Counted from the first letter of the stretch, positions 28,941 to 38,733 are shown. The stretch: 57,467 bases of DNA from Desulfurococcaceae archaeon (GCA_020833325.1 JAJHQN010000001.1:1-57467), one strand, 5' to 3'. Notes: generated by a model from the sequence alone, not told the origin. A program made the numbers and translations.

Positions 28941-29987
28941 CTACATTAACCTGTATCTCTCACTAACTATCCTCATAAGCTCGTCCTCTACGTGCACCTC
29001 CTCGAACCTCTCCGCACTCCCATCCAATCTGTGGAGCTCCAGTAGCGATCCATTATACTCTTTAACCCTCCCAATTACAGTTACCTCCACCCCCACTCCT
29101 TTGAGTCTCCCTAGGGCCTCCTCTACCCTACCCTCTGGTATTGTTGCTATGAGGACCCCTGAGCTTATCAGCTTCAACGGGTCTACTTTTAGAGCTCCAC
29201 ATATAATCCTAGTCTCCTCTGCTATTGGTATACGGTTCTCCCACACCTCTATTGTCTTCTTCGAGGCGTAAGCTACCTCAGTCAAACCCCCTATGAGGCC
29301 CCCCTCTGTTGGATCGTGCATTGATGTTGCGTAACGTCCCTCCGCTAGCTCCAAGGCCTCCCTTACCACACTTATCATCTTAGAGTACCTCTTGGCCTTC
29401 TCTAAAACCCATCTAGGCACACCTCTGCCTGAGAGCTCCTCCTCGAAGTCGATAGCTAGGATTGATGTACCTTCTACGGCGGCACTCTTAGTCATAACAA
29501 CGTAGTCTCCAACCCTAGCTCCGCTGGTCAAGACAAGCTTATCCTTCTCCACAAGACCTAGAGCAGTCATAGAGATTATGGGCCTATCGAGACCTGGGGT
29601 GTACTCAGAGTGACCACCAATAACCATAGCCTCCAGCTCCCTCAAGGCAGTATCAATCTGAGATGTTATGGAGTCTACGAGATCCAAAGATGAACCCTCA
29701 GGTAGTAGGATAACTGGGAGGAACCACCTAGGCCTAGCACCTCTAACAGCAACATCATTACCGGCAACGTGGACGGAAAGCCAGCCAACACTAGCAACCG
29801 CCCCAGTGATGGGATCGGAGTGGACGACAAGATAGAAACCACCAAGATCTATTATAGCTGAGTCCTCGCCAATAGCTGGGCCTACAACAACACTAGGATC
29901 TCTAACACCAACCCTACCAAACACCAGGTTAACGAGAACGTCAGGTCTAAGCTTCAACTCAAACCCCCCATGACAGGTTAGAGGCAA
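28941..29987 (-). CDS. AIR-synthase-related (PurM/HypE/ThiL superfamily) protein
   Basis: GEDSAIIDLGG...VVHSDPITGA N-domain motif of the PurM fold; no C-terminal PRIC motif, so not a canonical HypE. Confidence 0.6.
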   Translation of the reverse strand: MPLTCHGGFELKLRPDVLVNLVFGRVGVRDPSVVVGPAIGEDSAIIDLGGFYLVVHSDPITGAVASVGWLSVHVAGNDVAVRGARPRWFLPVILLPEGSSLDLVDSITSQIDTALRELEAMVIGGHSEYTPGLDRPIISMTALGLVEKDKLVLTSGARVGDYVVMTKSAAVEGTSILAIDFEEELSGRGVPRWVLEKAKRYSKMISVVREALELAEGRYATSMHDPTEGGLIGGLTEVAYASKKTIEVWENRIPIAEETRIICGALKVDPLKLISSGVLIATIPEGRVEEALGRLKGVGVEVTVIGRVKEYNGSLLELHRLDGSAERFEEVHVEDELMRIVSERYRLM

Positions 29988-30581
29988 CCTTTAATAAACC
30001 CAGCCCTTCCAAGCGTTAAAGAGGTCTACCACGTGATTCCCGCAATACACTCAGCATGGATAACATGGCGTCAACCTAGAGCTCTCAAGGAGTCACCGGC
30101 TATGCCCATCACTACTACATGGTGCTTATTCAATGCGAAGCTACTACGATGACCACAGGTGCTATCTAAGGTAACTCCTACGAGCATTATGACAGCTACC
30201 CGCTTATGAGCTTAGGAGCCTTTAGTTGGTTTAAGGAACTCCCATAGTAACCTATGATGATCGCCATGCACTACATTAGCATATCGTATGTGATGTTGGA
30301 GGAGGTTACTTAGTGTAATGGTATTCTACATGTTAACTCCCCAGTTTACATTGACGTCAAACATAGTGAATGCGTGGACGCACGCGATAGTGGAGGTTAG
30401 AGCTCCTGCTTTCAAGAGGTTTAACAGTTCTAATTGTGAGGTTAGAGTTGGAGGTTTCCTAGGGGGATATTGTAAGAGCCTTGTCCACCGGAGTTAGACG
30501 TTTATGTAACGCTCTCAGAACCCTCTAACCTTGATGTCCTAGTATTGATATGTATGCTGTGTTTATTAATTCTCTTGGTCT

Positions 30582-31745
30582 ATGCTGGTATGGGTGAGGG
30601 TGTTGGGTGGGGTTGATCTTGAGGCTATTAGGGGTAGTGTTAGGGAGTTTGCTGAGAGGAGGCTTAGGGGTGTTGCTAGGGTTATTGATGAGAGTAATGG
30701 TGTTCCAGAGGATGTTCTTAGGGATGTTGCTAGTATGGGCTACTTCTCTTTGAGGGTTCCCGTTGAGTATGGTGGTCCAGGCCTCTCTGTCCTTGAGAGT
30801 GTTGTTGCTATAGAGGAGCTCTCCCGTGTCTCTAGCGCTGTCGGTGTTATGGCTACTGTTAGTGGTTCTATGGTGCCCTACCCTATAGCTAGGTATGGTA
30901 GTCGTGAGTTGAAGGAGAGGTATTTGGGTATGCTAGCTAAAGGCTCCATAGGGGCTTTCGCTCTAACGGAGCCTTGTTGTGGTAGCGATGCAGCAGCTAT
31001 AATGACTAGGGCTGAGCTCGATGGCGACGAGTTTATTGTTAGTGGGGTTAAAACTTATATAACAAACGCCCCCTACGCTGATTTCTTCGTAACAGCGGTT
31101 AGGACTGGGAGGCCTGAGGATAGGCATAAGGGTATATCGTTGCTTGTAATCGATAGGAAGCCTTGTGTTAAGGTGTCGAAGCTTGAGATGATGGGCTATA
31201 GGGGTAGTGGGACCTCGGAGGTTGTATTCGAGGATTGCAGAGTTCCAAGGGAGAACTTGATTGGAGAGGTTAACGCTGGGTTCAAGAAGGTTATGATGAC
31301 TTTGAACGAGGGTAGGATAACGACTTCTGCTACAGCACTGGGAATAATGCAGGCTGCGTTCGAGGAGGCGTTTAACTATGCAACTCAGAGGACGAGCATG
31401 GGTGTACCGATAATAGAGCACCAGCTAGTCCAATACCTAGTATCGGAGATGGCTGTTCTACTTGAAACAGCTAGGCTAATACTCTACGAGGCTGCAAGGA
31501 GGGCTGATGAAGGGCACCCGGACTATGTGAGATACTCTAGCATGGCCAAACTATATGTTGCAAGTAGAGGCGTAGACCTCGTAAGGATGGCAATGCAGGT
31601 CATGGGAGGCGTAGGCTATAGCAGGGAGAGCTTAGTCGAAAGACTATACAGGGATATTAAGATGGTTGAGATAGGCGATGGGACGAACGAGATACAGAGG
31701 ATGGTCATAGTAAGATCGCTACTAGGGAGGATTAGACCGGACTAG
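30582..31745 (+). CDS. Acyl-CoA dehydrogenase
   Basis: ALTEPCCGSDAAAI, YITNAPYADFF and GDGTNEIQRMVI motifs typical of ACADs. Confidence 0.9.
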   Translation: MLVWVRVLGGVDLEAIRGSVREFAERRLRGVARVIDESNGVPEDVLRDVASMGYFSLRVPVEYGGPGLSVLESVVAIEELSRVSSAVGVMATVSGSMVPYPIARYGSRELKERYLGMLAKGSIGAFALTEPCCGSDAAAIMTRAELDGDEFIVSGVKTYITNAPYADFFVTAVRTGRPEDRHKGISLLVIDRKPCVKVSKLEMMGYRGSGTSEVVFEDCRVPRENLIGEVNAGFKKVMMTLNEGRITTSATALGIMQAAFEEAFNYATQRTSMGVPIIEHQLVQYLVSEMAVLLETARLILYEAARRADEGHPDYVRYSSMAKLYVASRGVDLVRMAMQVMGGVGYSRESLVERLYRDIKMVEIGDGTNEIQRMVIVRSLLGRIRPD

Positions 31746-31746
31746 A

Positions 31747-32184
31747 GTGAACGTAAGGTGCTGGAATGTGGGCTCAGAGGGTAAAGTTAAACTCCTAATA
31801 GCCATGGCCTGGGAGTTCTACGAGAGAGGCTCTAAGGAGCTAGAGGAGGGGTTGAGGGAAGGCGATGAGATTAAAGTTAGGGATGGAGCTGAGAAGCTGT
31901 GGAACGCCATTATTAACGCTACAAACGCCCTAGTCCTATCAAAACTTAACATAATACCGGCTAGCCACTGGGAGAGGAGGAAAGCTCTTGAAAGGCTAGA
32001 GGACAGGGATCCCAGCATTGAAGCCCTAGGGTTAAGAGATAGGTATGGGGCTAGAGAGAGATACCTCCACGAGATGACATTCTACGATGGTATAGTGGAT
32101 GAGGAGATGCTTAAGAGGGAGGTTGTTAAAGTTAAAAAGTACATAGAGGATGTTGAAAAGCTTATATGGAGGGAGGGGGGTTAG
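31747..32184 (+). CDS. PaREP1-like (HEPN-related helical) archaeal protein
   Basis: Helical about 125-aa core with GAEKLWNAIINA...ASHWERR...RYLHEMTFYDG, resembling my recollection of the PaREP1 family; the real start may be Met at 31804. Confidence 0.4.
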   Translation: MNVRCWNVGSEGKVKLLIAMAWEFYERGSKELEEGLREGDEIKVRDGAEKLWNAIINATNALVLSKLNIIPASHWERRKALERLEDRDPSIEALGLRDRYGARERYLHEMTFYDGIVDEEMLKREVVKVKKYIEDVEKLIWREGG

Positions 32185-32272
32185 AACAGTTACCTTCTAT
32201 CCGGGGAGCTCTCGCAGTCATATTATATTTTAAAACCCGCTTATTGCATCATAGAACTTTGGGATCTACAGC

Positions 32273-33169
32273 TTGGCTATCATAGTCTCTGGTTTGAGAG
32301 CTCATAGTAGGCTTTTGGGGGAACTGCTAGCTTCAAGGCTTAATCTTAGGTTTGCAGTTGTTGAGGGTAAGAGGTTTCCCGATGGTGAGGTTTACGTTAG
32401 AGTTACCCCTAGTGTTAGAGAAGAGGATGTCATCGTGGTCCAGTCCATGGAGCCTCCTCAGAATGATGCTTTGGTGGAGCTCATGCTTATCGTCGACGCC
32501 CTAGTTGAGGCTGGTGCTAGTAGTATTACGCTTTTCACACCATATCTTCCCTATTCTAGGCAGGACAGGGTCTTCCTGGCTGGGGAGCCTGTTAGCGTTA
32601 GGGCTGTTCTAAGGGCTTTACATAGCCTTGGTGTTGGAAGGCTTGTTGTTGTTGAAGCTCATAGTGAGAGGGCTCTATCCCATTTCCCGGGTAGAGTTGT
32701 TAACGTTAACCCACTACCTTACATGGCTAAGCTTGCAGGGCTTGGAGGAGATGCTCTCATAGTATCCCCTGATATGGGTGGTGTTAGTAGAGCTAGGAGT
32801 GTAGCTGAAGCTCTGGGGGCTAGGAGTTGTTATATAGCTAAGGTGAGGGATAGAGTTACAGGTAGCATTTCAATGGATGTAGGCTCCCTGGACCCTAGGG
32901 GGCTTGATGTTGTGATAGTAGATGATATCATGAGTACTGGTGGTACGCTAGCTGAGGCTTCTAGGATCCTCTTAGAGAGGGGTGCTAGGAGCGTTCAAGT
33001 TCTTGTAGTGCATAACCTTAACCTACCCGGAGCTCTTGAGAAGGTTACTGGGGCGGGTGTCTCTAGGATCATCACATCTAATACACTACCCCAGCCTAGA
33101 CTCGATGTTGTTAGCGTCATCGATATCACGCCCGTGGTTGCGGGTGAGATAGCTAGGTGGTTGAGCTGA
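32273..33169 (+). CDS. prs: Ribose-phosphate pyrophosphokinase
   Basis: PYLPYSRQDR and PRPP loop VIVDDIMSTGGTL. Confidence 0.85.
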   Translation: MAIIVSGLRAHSRLLGELLASRLNLRFAVVEGKRFPDGEVYVRVTPSVREEDVIVVQSMEPPQNDALVELMLIVDALVEAGASSITLFTPYLPYSRQDRVFLAGEPVSVRAVLRALHSLGVGRLVVVEAHSERALSHFPGRVVNVNPLPYMAKLAGLGGDALIVSPDMGGVSRARSVAEALGARSCYIAKVRDRVTGSISMDVGSLDPRGLDVVIVDDIMSTGGTLAEASRILLERGARSVQVLVVHNLNLPGALEKVTGAGVSRIITSNTLPQPRLDVVSVIDITPVVAGEIARWLS

Positions 33170-34170
33170 AGACCTTCTACGCGGTGCTCTCAGGAGACTA
33201 TGAGGGTTTAGCTGTTGAGGAGTTAAAATCAATTCTAGATGTGGAGTCTAGAGGTTATAGCATAGACCAGGTCTTTGAGGGCGTAGTCTTATTTAAGGCT
33301 TTAATTGAGGACCCAGAGGTTATCGTATCCAGGGCTGGCTATATTAGAGAGGTTGGGGAGCTCATAACTATAGGCTCTGAGGATCTAGAGCTCTGGTGGG
33401 TTAGGGAGATAGCTCGAACCATAGGGGGTGGTAGTGTTAGAGTTGAAGCGTCAAGGTATAAAGGCTATGGATCCTTCTCAGAACCGGAGCTTGTTAGAAT
33501 GCTTACAAGCCTAGGTGTTAGATGTAGACTTGATGGTAGCACTGTGCTAAGGGTTATCACAACAGAAGGTGTAACCATAGCTGGAGTCAGGCTAGCCACG
33601 AGAGAGCCTGGGAGTTTCGCTGGCAGAATGCCTAGGAAGAGGCCTGTATTCAAGCCTGGAACCTTACCACCTAAACTTTCAAGGCTCTTCGTAAACCTTT
33701 CAAGACTAAGAAAAGGCGATGTATTCCTAGACCCCTTCTGCGGTGTTGGAGGATTCGCTTTAGAAGCATGCCTCCTAGGAGCATCAAAGGTGATATGCGG
33801 TGACATAGATAGGGAAGCGGTGGTAGGAGCACTGGAGAATTTAAAACACTACACATGCCACGCTACCCTAGCAATACAATCAAACTCCACTAAAACACCA
33901 TTAGCAAGCGAAACAGTAGATGCAATTGCAACAGACCCACCATACGGTAGATCGACGACAACAAAGGGGGCTAGCTATGAGGAGCTAACACTATCATTCC
34001 TAGAAGAGGCTAGGAGAGTTCTAAAGAGAGGACATTACCTAGTCTACGCTGGGCCCTACGAGAAAAAACCCTGGATCCTAGCACGTAGAACAGGATTAGA
34101 GGTACTAGGGAGATATCATATGTTCGTCCACGGATCGCTAGTAAGAGAGATTGTAATAGCGAGAACCTGA
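33157..34170 (+). CDS. THUMP-domain tRNA (guanine-N2) methyltransferase (Trm11/TrmG10-like)
   Basis: SAM motif DPFCGVGGFALEA and catalytic TDPPYGRST; N-terminal THUMP-like region. Confidence 0.75.
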   Translation: MVELKTFYAVLSGDYEGLAVEELKSILDVESRGYSIDQVFEGVVLFKALIEDPEVIVSRAGYIREVGELITIGSEDLELWWVREIARTIGGGSVRVEASRYKGYGSFSEPELVRMLTSLGVRCRLDGSTVLRVITTEGVTIAGVRLATREPGSFAGRMPRKRPVFKPGTLPPKLSRLFVNLSRLRKGDVFLDPFCGVGGFALEACLLGASKVICGDIDREAVVGALENLKHYTCHATLAIQSNSTKTPLASETVDAIATDPPYGRSTTTKGASYEELTLSFLEEARRVLKRGHYLVYAGPYEKKPWILARRTGLEVLGRYHMFVHGSLVREIVIART

Positions 34171-34173
34171 CCC

Positions 34174-34239
34174 CTCCTCTCCACCTCAACCCTTTAAATT
34201 TCTTAATTCCTGCCTTGAAAGACGAGGTTTTCAGTTGTA
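34174..34239. repeat. 66-nt intergenic module, copy A (A/T box plus TTGAAAG-N6-TTTTCAG hairpin)
   Basis: Ungapped alignment to 40179-40244 with 57/66 identical positions by my count. Confidence 0.7.
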
Positions 34240-34325
34240 GGGGGCCCCACTTCTTCTCTCGGATCATCGTAGCTCTTCTAATGCTTTTAGATATAGTGTT
34301 TCCGCTTCTAGAATGGGTGTGGATT

Positions 34326-35288
34326 TTGAGTTTAGGGTATTTAGCTGAGGTGGTATTCCTTGGTACTGGTGCTACTGTGCCTACTCTTGAGAGGTTTCTA
34401 CCAGGTATCCTTGTTAGGGATAGGATAGGTGATGCTATCCTCCTCGATTCAGGTGAGGGTGTTCAGCTTAGGTTAGCTCAGCTAGGTGTTTCACCTTCAT
34501 CCATAGATGTTATTGCTGTAACCCACGAGCACGGTGATCATGTTAACGGCCTCCCAGGGTTACTCCAGTCAATGTATGTTGGTGGTAGGTCTAGGGGGTT
34601 AACTATAGTAGCCCCGGCTAGTATTGCGTGGTTTGTTAGTGAAGCTCTCGAAGCTAAGGAGGATAGGTTGGGTTTCAAGGTGGATGTTATTGTAGCTAAG
34701 GGCAGGGGCTCGCTTGAGGTTAACAGAGCTTCCGGGGATACGTTAACTCTATACTGGTTCCCCGTATGTCATACTGTTGAAGCCTACGGCTACTCTCTTG
34801 AGTGGAAGCTTAGACCTAGGATTAGCCTTGAGAAGTTTGAAGCCCTTGGTGTTAAGCCAGGGCCTTGGCTGAGGGATCTACTAGAGAGGGGTGAGGCTAG
34901 CTTAGAGAGTATAAGAGTTAAACTTGAGGATGTCATTGGGAGAAGTGGGGTTACTGTTAAAATCTCATATACAGGTGATACATCTCCATGTGACGACTAT
35001 GTGGAGAGCATTAGGGGATCCAGGGTTTTAATCCACGATTCAACATTCCACTCTGAGCTGGAAGTAGAGGCTAGGGGTAAAGGGCATAGCACGTCGAAAG
35101 AGGCTGCGGAGAAGGCCTTAGAGGCTGGTGCGAAGCTCTTAGTTCTAACACATATAAGCTCTCGATATAGAGGTTTCGAGGCTCGAAGGCTTTTAGAAGA
35201 ATCTAGGAAGGTTTTCTCAAACACACTGTTATCAAGGGATCTGATGAGGGTAACCTTAGGGCCGCTCGAACACCATCCACGATCCTAG
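34326..35288 (+). CDS. rnz: Ribonuclease Z (metallo-beta-lactamase tRNA 3' endonuclease)
   Basis: FLGTGATVPT N-terminus and HEHGDHVNGLPGLL motif. The start is taken at in-frame TTG 34326 (GTG 34350 is also possible), because the track ORF start at 34215 lies inside repeat copy A. Confidence 0.8.
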   Translation: MSLGYLAEVVFLGTGATVPTLERFLPGILVRDRIGDAILLDSGEGVQLRLAQLGVSPSSIDVIAVTHEHGDHVNGLPGLLQSMYVGGRSRGLTIVAPASIAWFVSEALEAKEDRLGFKVDVIVAKGRGSLEVNRASGDTLTLYWFPVCHTVEAYGYSLEWKLRPRISLEKFEALGVKPGPWLRDLLERGEASLESIRVKLEDVIGRSGVTVKISYTGDTSPCDDYVESIRGSRVLIHDSTFHSELEVEARGKGHSTSKEAAEKALEAGAKLLVLTHISSRYRGFEARRLLEESRKVFSNTLLSRDLMRVTLGPLEHHPRS

Positions 35289-36175
35289 GTGGGGGGCTGG
35301 GTTTTACCGGTTAACATGCTTTTGTAGAAGAGTGGGTTAAACCATACCACCCTCCCCCTTGTTATCCTTAAGAGAGACTCTCTAGACCTCCCTCTTATCC
35401 TACCCACTATTGGTATCGGGGTACCGCAGTTAGGGCATGAGGAGTCGTTTAAGTTAACCCCTCTAAGAGCCCCTCCAGCTCTATAGAGTAGTATTGTACC
35501 ACAGTTAGGACACTTAGTATCAATTTCATCGTATATACTTGTATGCACGTATACAATTTTAGCCCTCCTCCTGAGATGCTCGTAGAGACTCCTAACAGGC
35601 CCCCCGCCCCTAGGATGGTATATTGTAACATGTAATGGAACCCCTGCACCCCCAGCTAAGTCCGCTAACTCCCCCACCTCTTCAATGTAGGGGTTTACGG
35701 TGTACACGTGGAGCTCAAAGGGTTTACCTCTTGACTGGAGATCCTCTACAAGCTTTACAACATTCCTTCTAAGAGCCTCGTCCCCCGCTATTATAGATAG
35801 ATCCTCAACCAGGTAGTAGTCTACATGATTGCTGGGGCCTGTGAAGCCATGAGCTCTAGAAGCTAGAATAACATCTTCACCTAAATACCCCTTCAGGTAC
35901 CCTGCATTAAAGAACCCTAATGGTTCGAGGCCGTCGAGGAACACTATATCGCAACCCCATCTATATGTAAGATGCTTAACTGCATCCAATGGTATCTCAA
36001 CACTTGTAAAGGCCTCAGGCCCTCTAGCCCAACTACATACTTCAAGGTCATACTCACACTCTAGAACCTTCAAGGGCTTGGAGAGAAGCCTTAAGGCAGA
36101 TCCACCAGGGTATAAGTGGAATAAGGGTAGAACCTCGACAGTAGATAAACCTAAGAGTACAACCTCTAAGCTCAA
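35285..36175 (-). CDS. Radical-SAM-activase-like protein lacking the CX3CX2C cluster motif, with a C-terminal double CPNCG zinc ribbon
   Basis: PLFHLYPGGS and C-terminal TKCPNCGT...SSCPNCGTPI resemble AmmeMemoRadiSam/PflA-like enzymes; the position where CX3CX2C is expected reads LECEYDLEVCSW. Confidence 0.45.
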   Translation of the reverse strand: MSLEVVLLGLSTVEVLPLFHLYPGGSALRLLSKPLKVLECEYDLEVCSWARGPEAFTSVEIPLDAVKHLTYRWGCDIVFLDGLEPLGFFNAGYLKGYLGEDVILASRAHGFTGPSNHVDYYLVEDLSIIAGDEALRRNVVKLVEDLQSRGKPFELHVYTVNPYIEEVGELADLAGGAGVPLHVTIYHPRGGGPVRSLYEHLRRRAKIVYVHTSIYDEIDTKCPNCGTILLYRAGGALRGVNLNDSSCPNCGTPIPIVGRIRGRSRESLLRITRGRVVWFNPLFYKSMLTGKTQPPT

Positions 36176-36242
36176 AAACCCCTATCCCCTTTAAAGGGAG
36201 TTTTAAGAGTGAAGCCTATTAACCTTAGCAATCTACGAAACT

Positions 36243-36605
36243 CTAGGCCTGACCTTCAACAAGGGACTCGGAAGCAATGGATTCCACTATATCCCTTGAT
36301 GGAAGCTTCACGTAGACATAGCCATCTCTAACCTCAAGATCTAATCTTACTAAACCACTTCTAGCCTTACCCTGAGTAGGCTCTCCAGTTGATGCTATGA
36401 AGATCTCTCCATGGCCCGGGCATACTATCTTATCATCCTTAACGCTCCTCTCACATAGAACATAGTATTTGTGGCTACAAAGGGCTATGTAGGCGTAGAG
36501 TTTTCCACCACTCCTAAGAACCATGATAGGCGAGCCTCCGAAGAATTTAATCCTAGCACTACCCTCAGGTATTACTGCTTCCTTAGCGAATCTAACCCAC
36601 TCCAT
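36243..36605 (-). CDS. Rieske [2Fe-2S] domain protein
   Basis: CSHKY (CxH) and CPGHG (CxxH) ligand boxes spaced about 20 aa apart. Confidence 0.75.
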   Translation of the reverse strand: MEWVRFAKEAVIPEGSARIKFFGGSPIMVLRSGGKLYAYIALCSHKYYVLCERSVKDDKIVCPGHGEIFIASTGEPTQGKARSGLVRLDLEVRDGYVYVKLPSRDIVESIASESLVEGQA

Positions 36606-36692
36606 GAGACCACCGTTCTAGCCTTTAGGATCTCGTGGTTTAAATACTTAAGTTCTTACCTAAAATCCCAGCATCTCCAGGTCGTAGGAGTG

Positions 36693-37364
36693 TTACAAGA
36701 ACTGTGCTAAGGCTAATACGAGGCCTATGACTGGTTTATCACCTATAACCATGGCTAGAAGATACCCTATGGTTAGATGTGCTACGTAGGGATGGCCTGG
36801 TGATGCCACTACATATGCCTCTGGATCGCCTTGGCCAGCTTTTAACGCCAACATCCTGGGATCCTCTTCAATATTACACCCTCCTTTAACCTCTACAAGC
36901 CACCATTTGAATCTAGGATCCTCTAGTATAGATCTAACCTTAATCATAAACTTAAACTTAAACATACACCTTGGACTAAGACCTTTACAGGCTAGGGAGG
37001 CTGAGTATAAATGGTATGCTATAGCCGGTATTGTAGCGTAGAGTACTGCTAGGTATAGTAGGGGTATTATACTACCCGGTGCCAGGGGTGTTAGAATAGC
37101 TATTGTGAGGAACGCTAGGACATCGGCTCCACCGAGCATACAAGCTCTATACATTACATAAGATGGTATAACCACTATGAGTGATAGGAGTTGGTAGAGG
37201 AGGAGTATTCTCAGATCCCCACTGTTAGCGATAATGGTTATCGGTAGCCCTAAAACTAAGACTACGAACCAGTACCTAGGGGGGATCTCCCTCGACCTAA
37301 CGTCTAGGAAGCCAGCGTATGCCATTACTGCTAGCATGTAGACTAACGGTACCCAGCTTAACAC
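36693..37364 (-). CDS. A24-family preflagellin/prepilin peptidase (PibD/FlaK-like)
   Basis: Polytopic membrane protein with the two aspartyl boxes LDVRSREIP and GGADVLAF. Confidence 0.7.
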   Translation of the reverse strand: MLSWVPLVYMLAVMAYAGFLDVRSREIPPRYWFVVLVLGLPITIIANSGDLRILLLYQLLSLIVVIPSYVMYRACMLGGADVLAFLTIAILTPLAPGSIIPLLYLAVLYATIPAIAYHLYSASLACKGLSPRCMFKFKFMIKVRSILEDPRFKWWLVEVKGGCNIEEDPRMLALKAGQGDPEAYVVASPGHPYVAHLTIGYLLAMVIGDKPVIGLVLALAQFL

Positions 37365-37384
37365 CTATAATACCCACCTAGCTT

Positions 37385-38353
37385 TCACTCCACATCTCTA
37401 ATCCCAAACTCTGTTATAGCGAACTGCGTCTCCCCCTCTGGTAGGTGTGGTGCATCGACAACCCTAGCAATCCTCCTATTACCCTTACTCTTCCTAAGCT
37501 GAACTCTAACACCCGGAGCATGCCCTACGACATGGCCTCCCACAGGCCTATCAGGGCTGCCGAAGAACATTTCGGGTACAGCCATTACCTGGTTTGTTAC
37601 GATAACCGCTGCATCGTATATCTCCGCTAATCTCATAAGCTGGTGTAAGTGCTTATTGAGAAGTTGCTGTCTTAAAGCTAGGCTCTCCCTCCCCGGGAAC
37701 TCTGCTCTAAAATGCCCTGTGAGGGAGTCTACAACAACAAGTTTAATGTTCTCCTTACCAACCATATCGAAAAGCTTCTCTACAACAGCCATCTGGTGAT
37801 GGCTGTTAACAGCTCTAACCCAGTATATGTTCTCCATAACCTTATCAGGATCTAACCCCACACCCCTCGCCATCTGCTCTATCCTCTCCCACCTAAACGT
37901 ACCCTCAGTATCTATGTAGGCAGCCTTAGCCTCTAAACCCCCCTTATCCTCTGGAAGTTGCACGTTAACAGATAGCTGGTGGCATAGCTGGGTTTTGCCA
38001 GTACCATACTCTCCGAAGAACTCAGTTATAGTCCTCGTTTCAACCCCACCACCTAGAAGTTCATCTAAGCTCTTACTACCAGTCGTCACCCTCCTAGCCC
38101 TCATCCTCTCCCTTTTAAGATCGAGAGCGGTCTTCACCCTTATATCCAAGGCCTCCCTAGCAGCCTCTATGATCTTCTGAGCTTGAAGTGTTGGTATACC
38201 CGTTATCTCCGATAACTCCCGTGGCGTTGCTACTGCAATAGCCTCTATGGTAGTATAACCAGCATCAATAAGTTTTTGAGCTGTGGAGGGGCCTACACCC
38301 GGGAGATCGGTTATATCCCTTATCCTCTTCTCACTCACACAAGCCACCTCCAA
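37385..38353 (-). CDS. radA: DNA repair and recombination protein RadA
   Basis: N-terminal Hh[18 protein letters not shown], Walker [10 protein letters not shown], Walker B LVVVDS. Confidence 0.95.
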   Translation of the reverse strand: MEVACVSEKRIRDITDLPGVGPSTAQKLIDAGYTTIEAIAVATPRELSEITGIPTLQAQKIIEAAREALDIRVKTALDLKRERMRARRVTTGSKSLDELLGGGVETRTITEFFGEYGTGKTQLCHQLSVNVQLPEDKGGLEAKAAYIDTEGTFRWERIEQMARGVGLDPDKVMENIYWVRAVNSHHQMAVVEKLFDMVGKENIKLVVVDSLTGHFRAEFPGRESLALRQQLLNKHLHQLMRLAEIYDAAVIVTNQVMAVPEMFFGSPDRPVGGHVVGHAPGVRVQLRKSKGNRRIARVVDAPHLPEGETQFAITEFGIRDVE

Positions 38354-38733
38354 ATCTAAAATCTACAAGTCTAAAGCTAAATTTCTATAACATACTCTAA
38401 TCCCTAGGGGGTGAATTAAATTTAACCCATAGCACTCCACATATAAACCTTCAACCATTCAAATAGCTCCAGAGACCGTGTCCTCTCATATCTTACAACA
38501 GGAAGCCTCGCCCTCTCAAGTATTGAGGGGTTCGCATCATCTGGGGATACCGTATGCTAGGTGTCCGGGAGGGCTGCACGTTCACAGCTACTCCTCTTTC
38601 CCTAAGATCTGGTGGAAGGTGTTTTTTCTACAATTTCTACAATAGTGGTAGAGTTTGGGGAACTCCGATAGGTCGAAGCTAGCTTCAAGCCTCCACTCGA
38701 CATTACATTCCACGCATTTTAAAACCCACCTGG

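Noticed and set aside
34215-34325. N-terminal extension of the RNase Z ORF (MKDEVFSCRGPHFF...)
   Set aside because: It begins inside repeat copy A, whose paralogue at 40220 gives a 15-codon dead end with only non-synonymous differences. RNase Z homologues start close to the LGTG motif.
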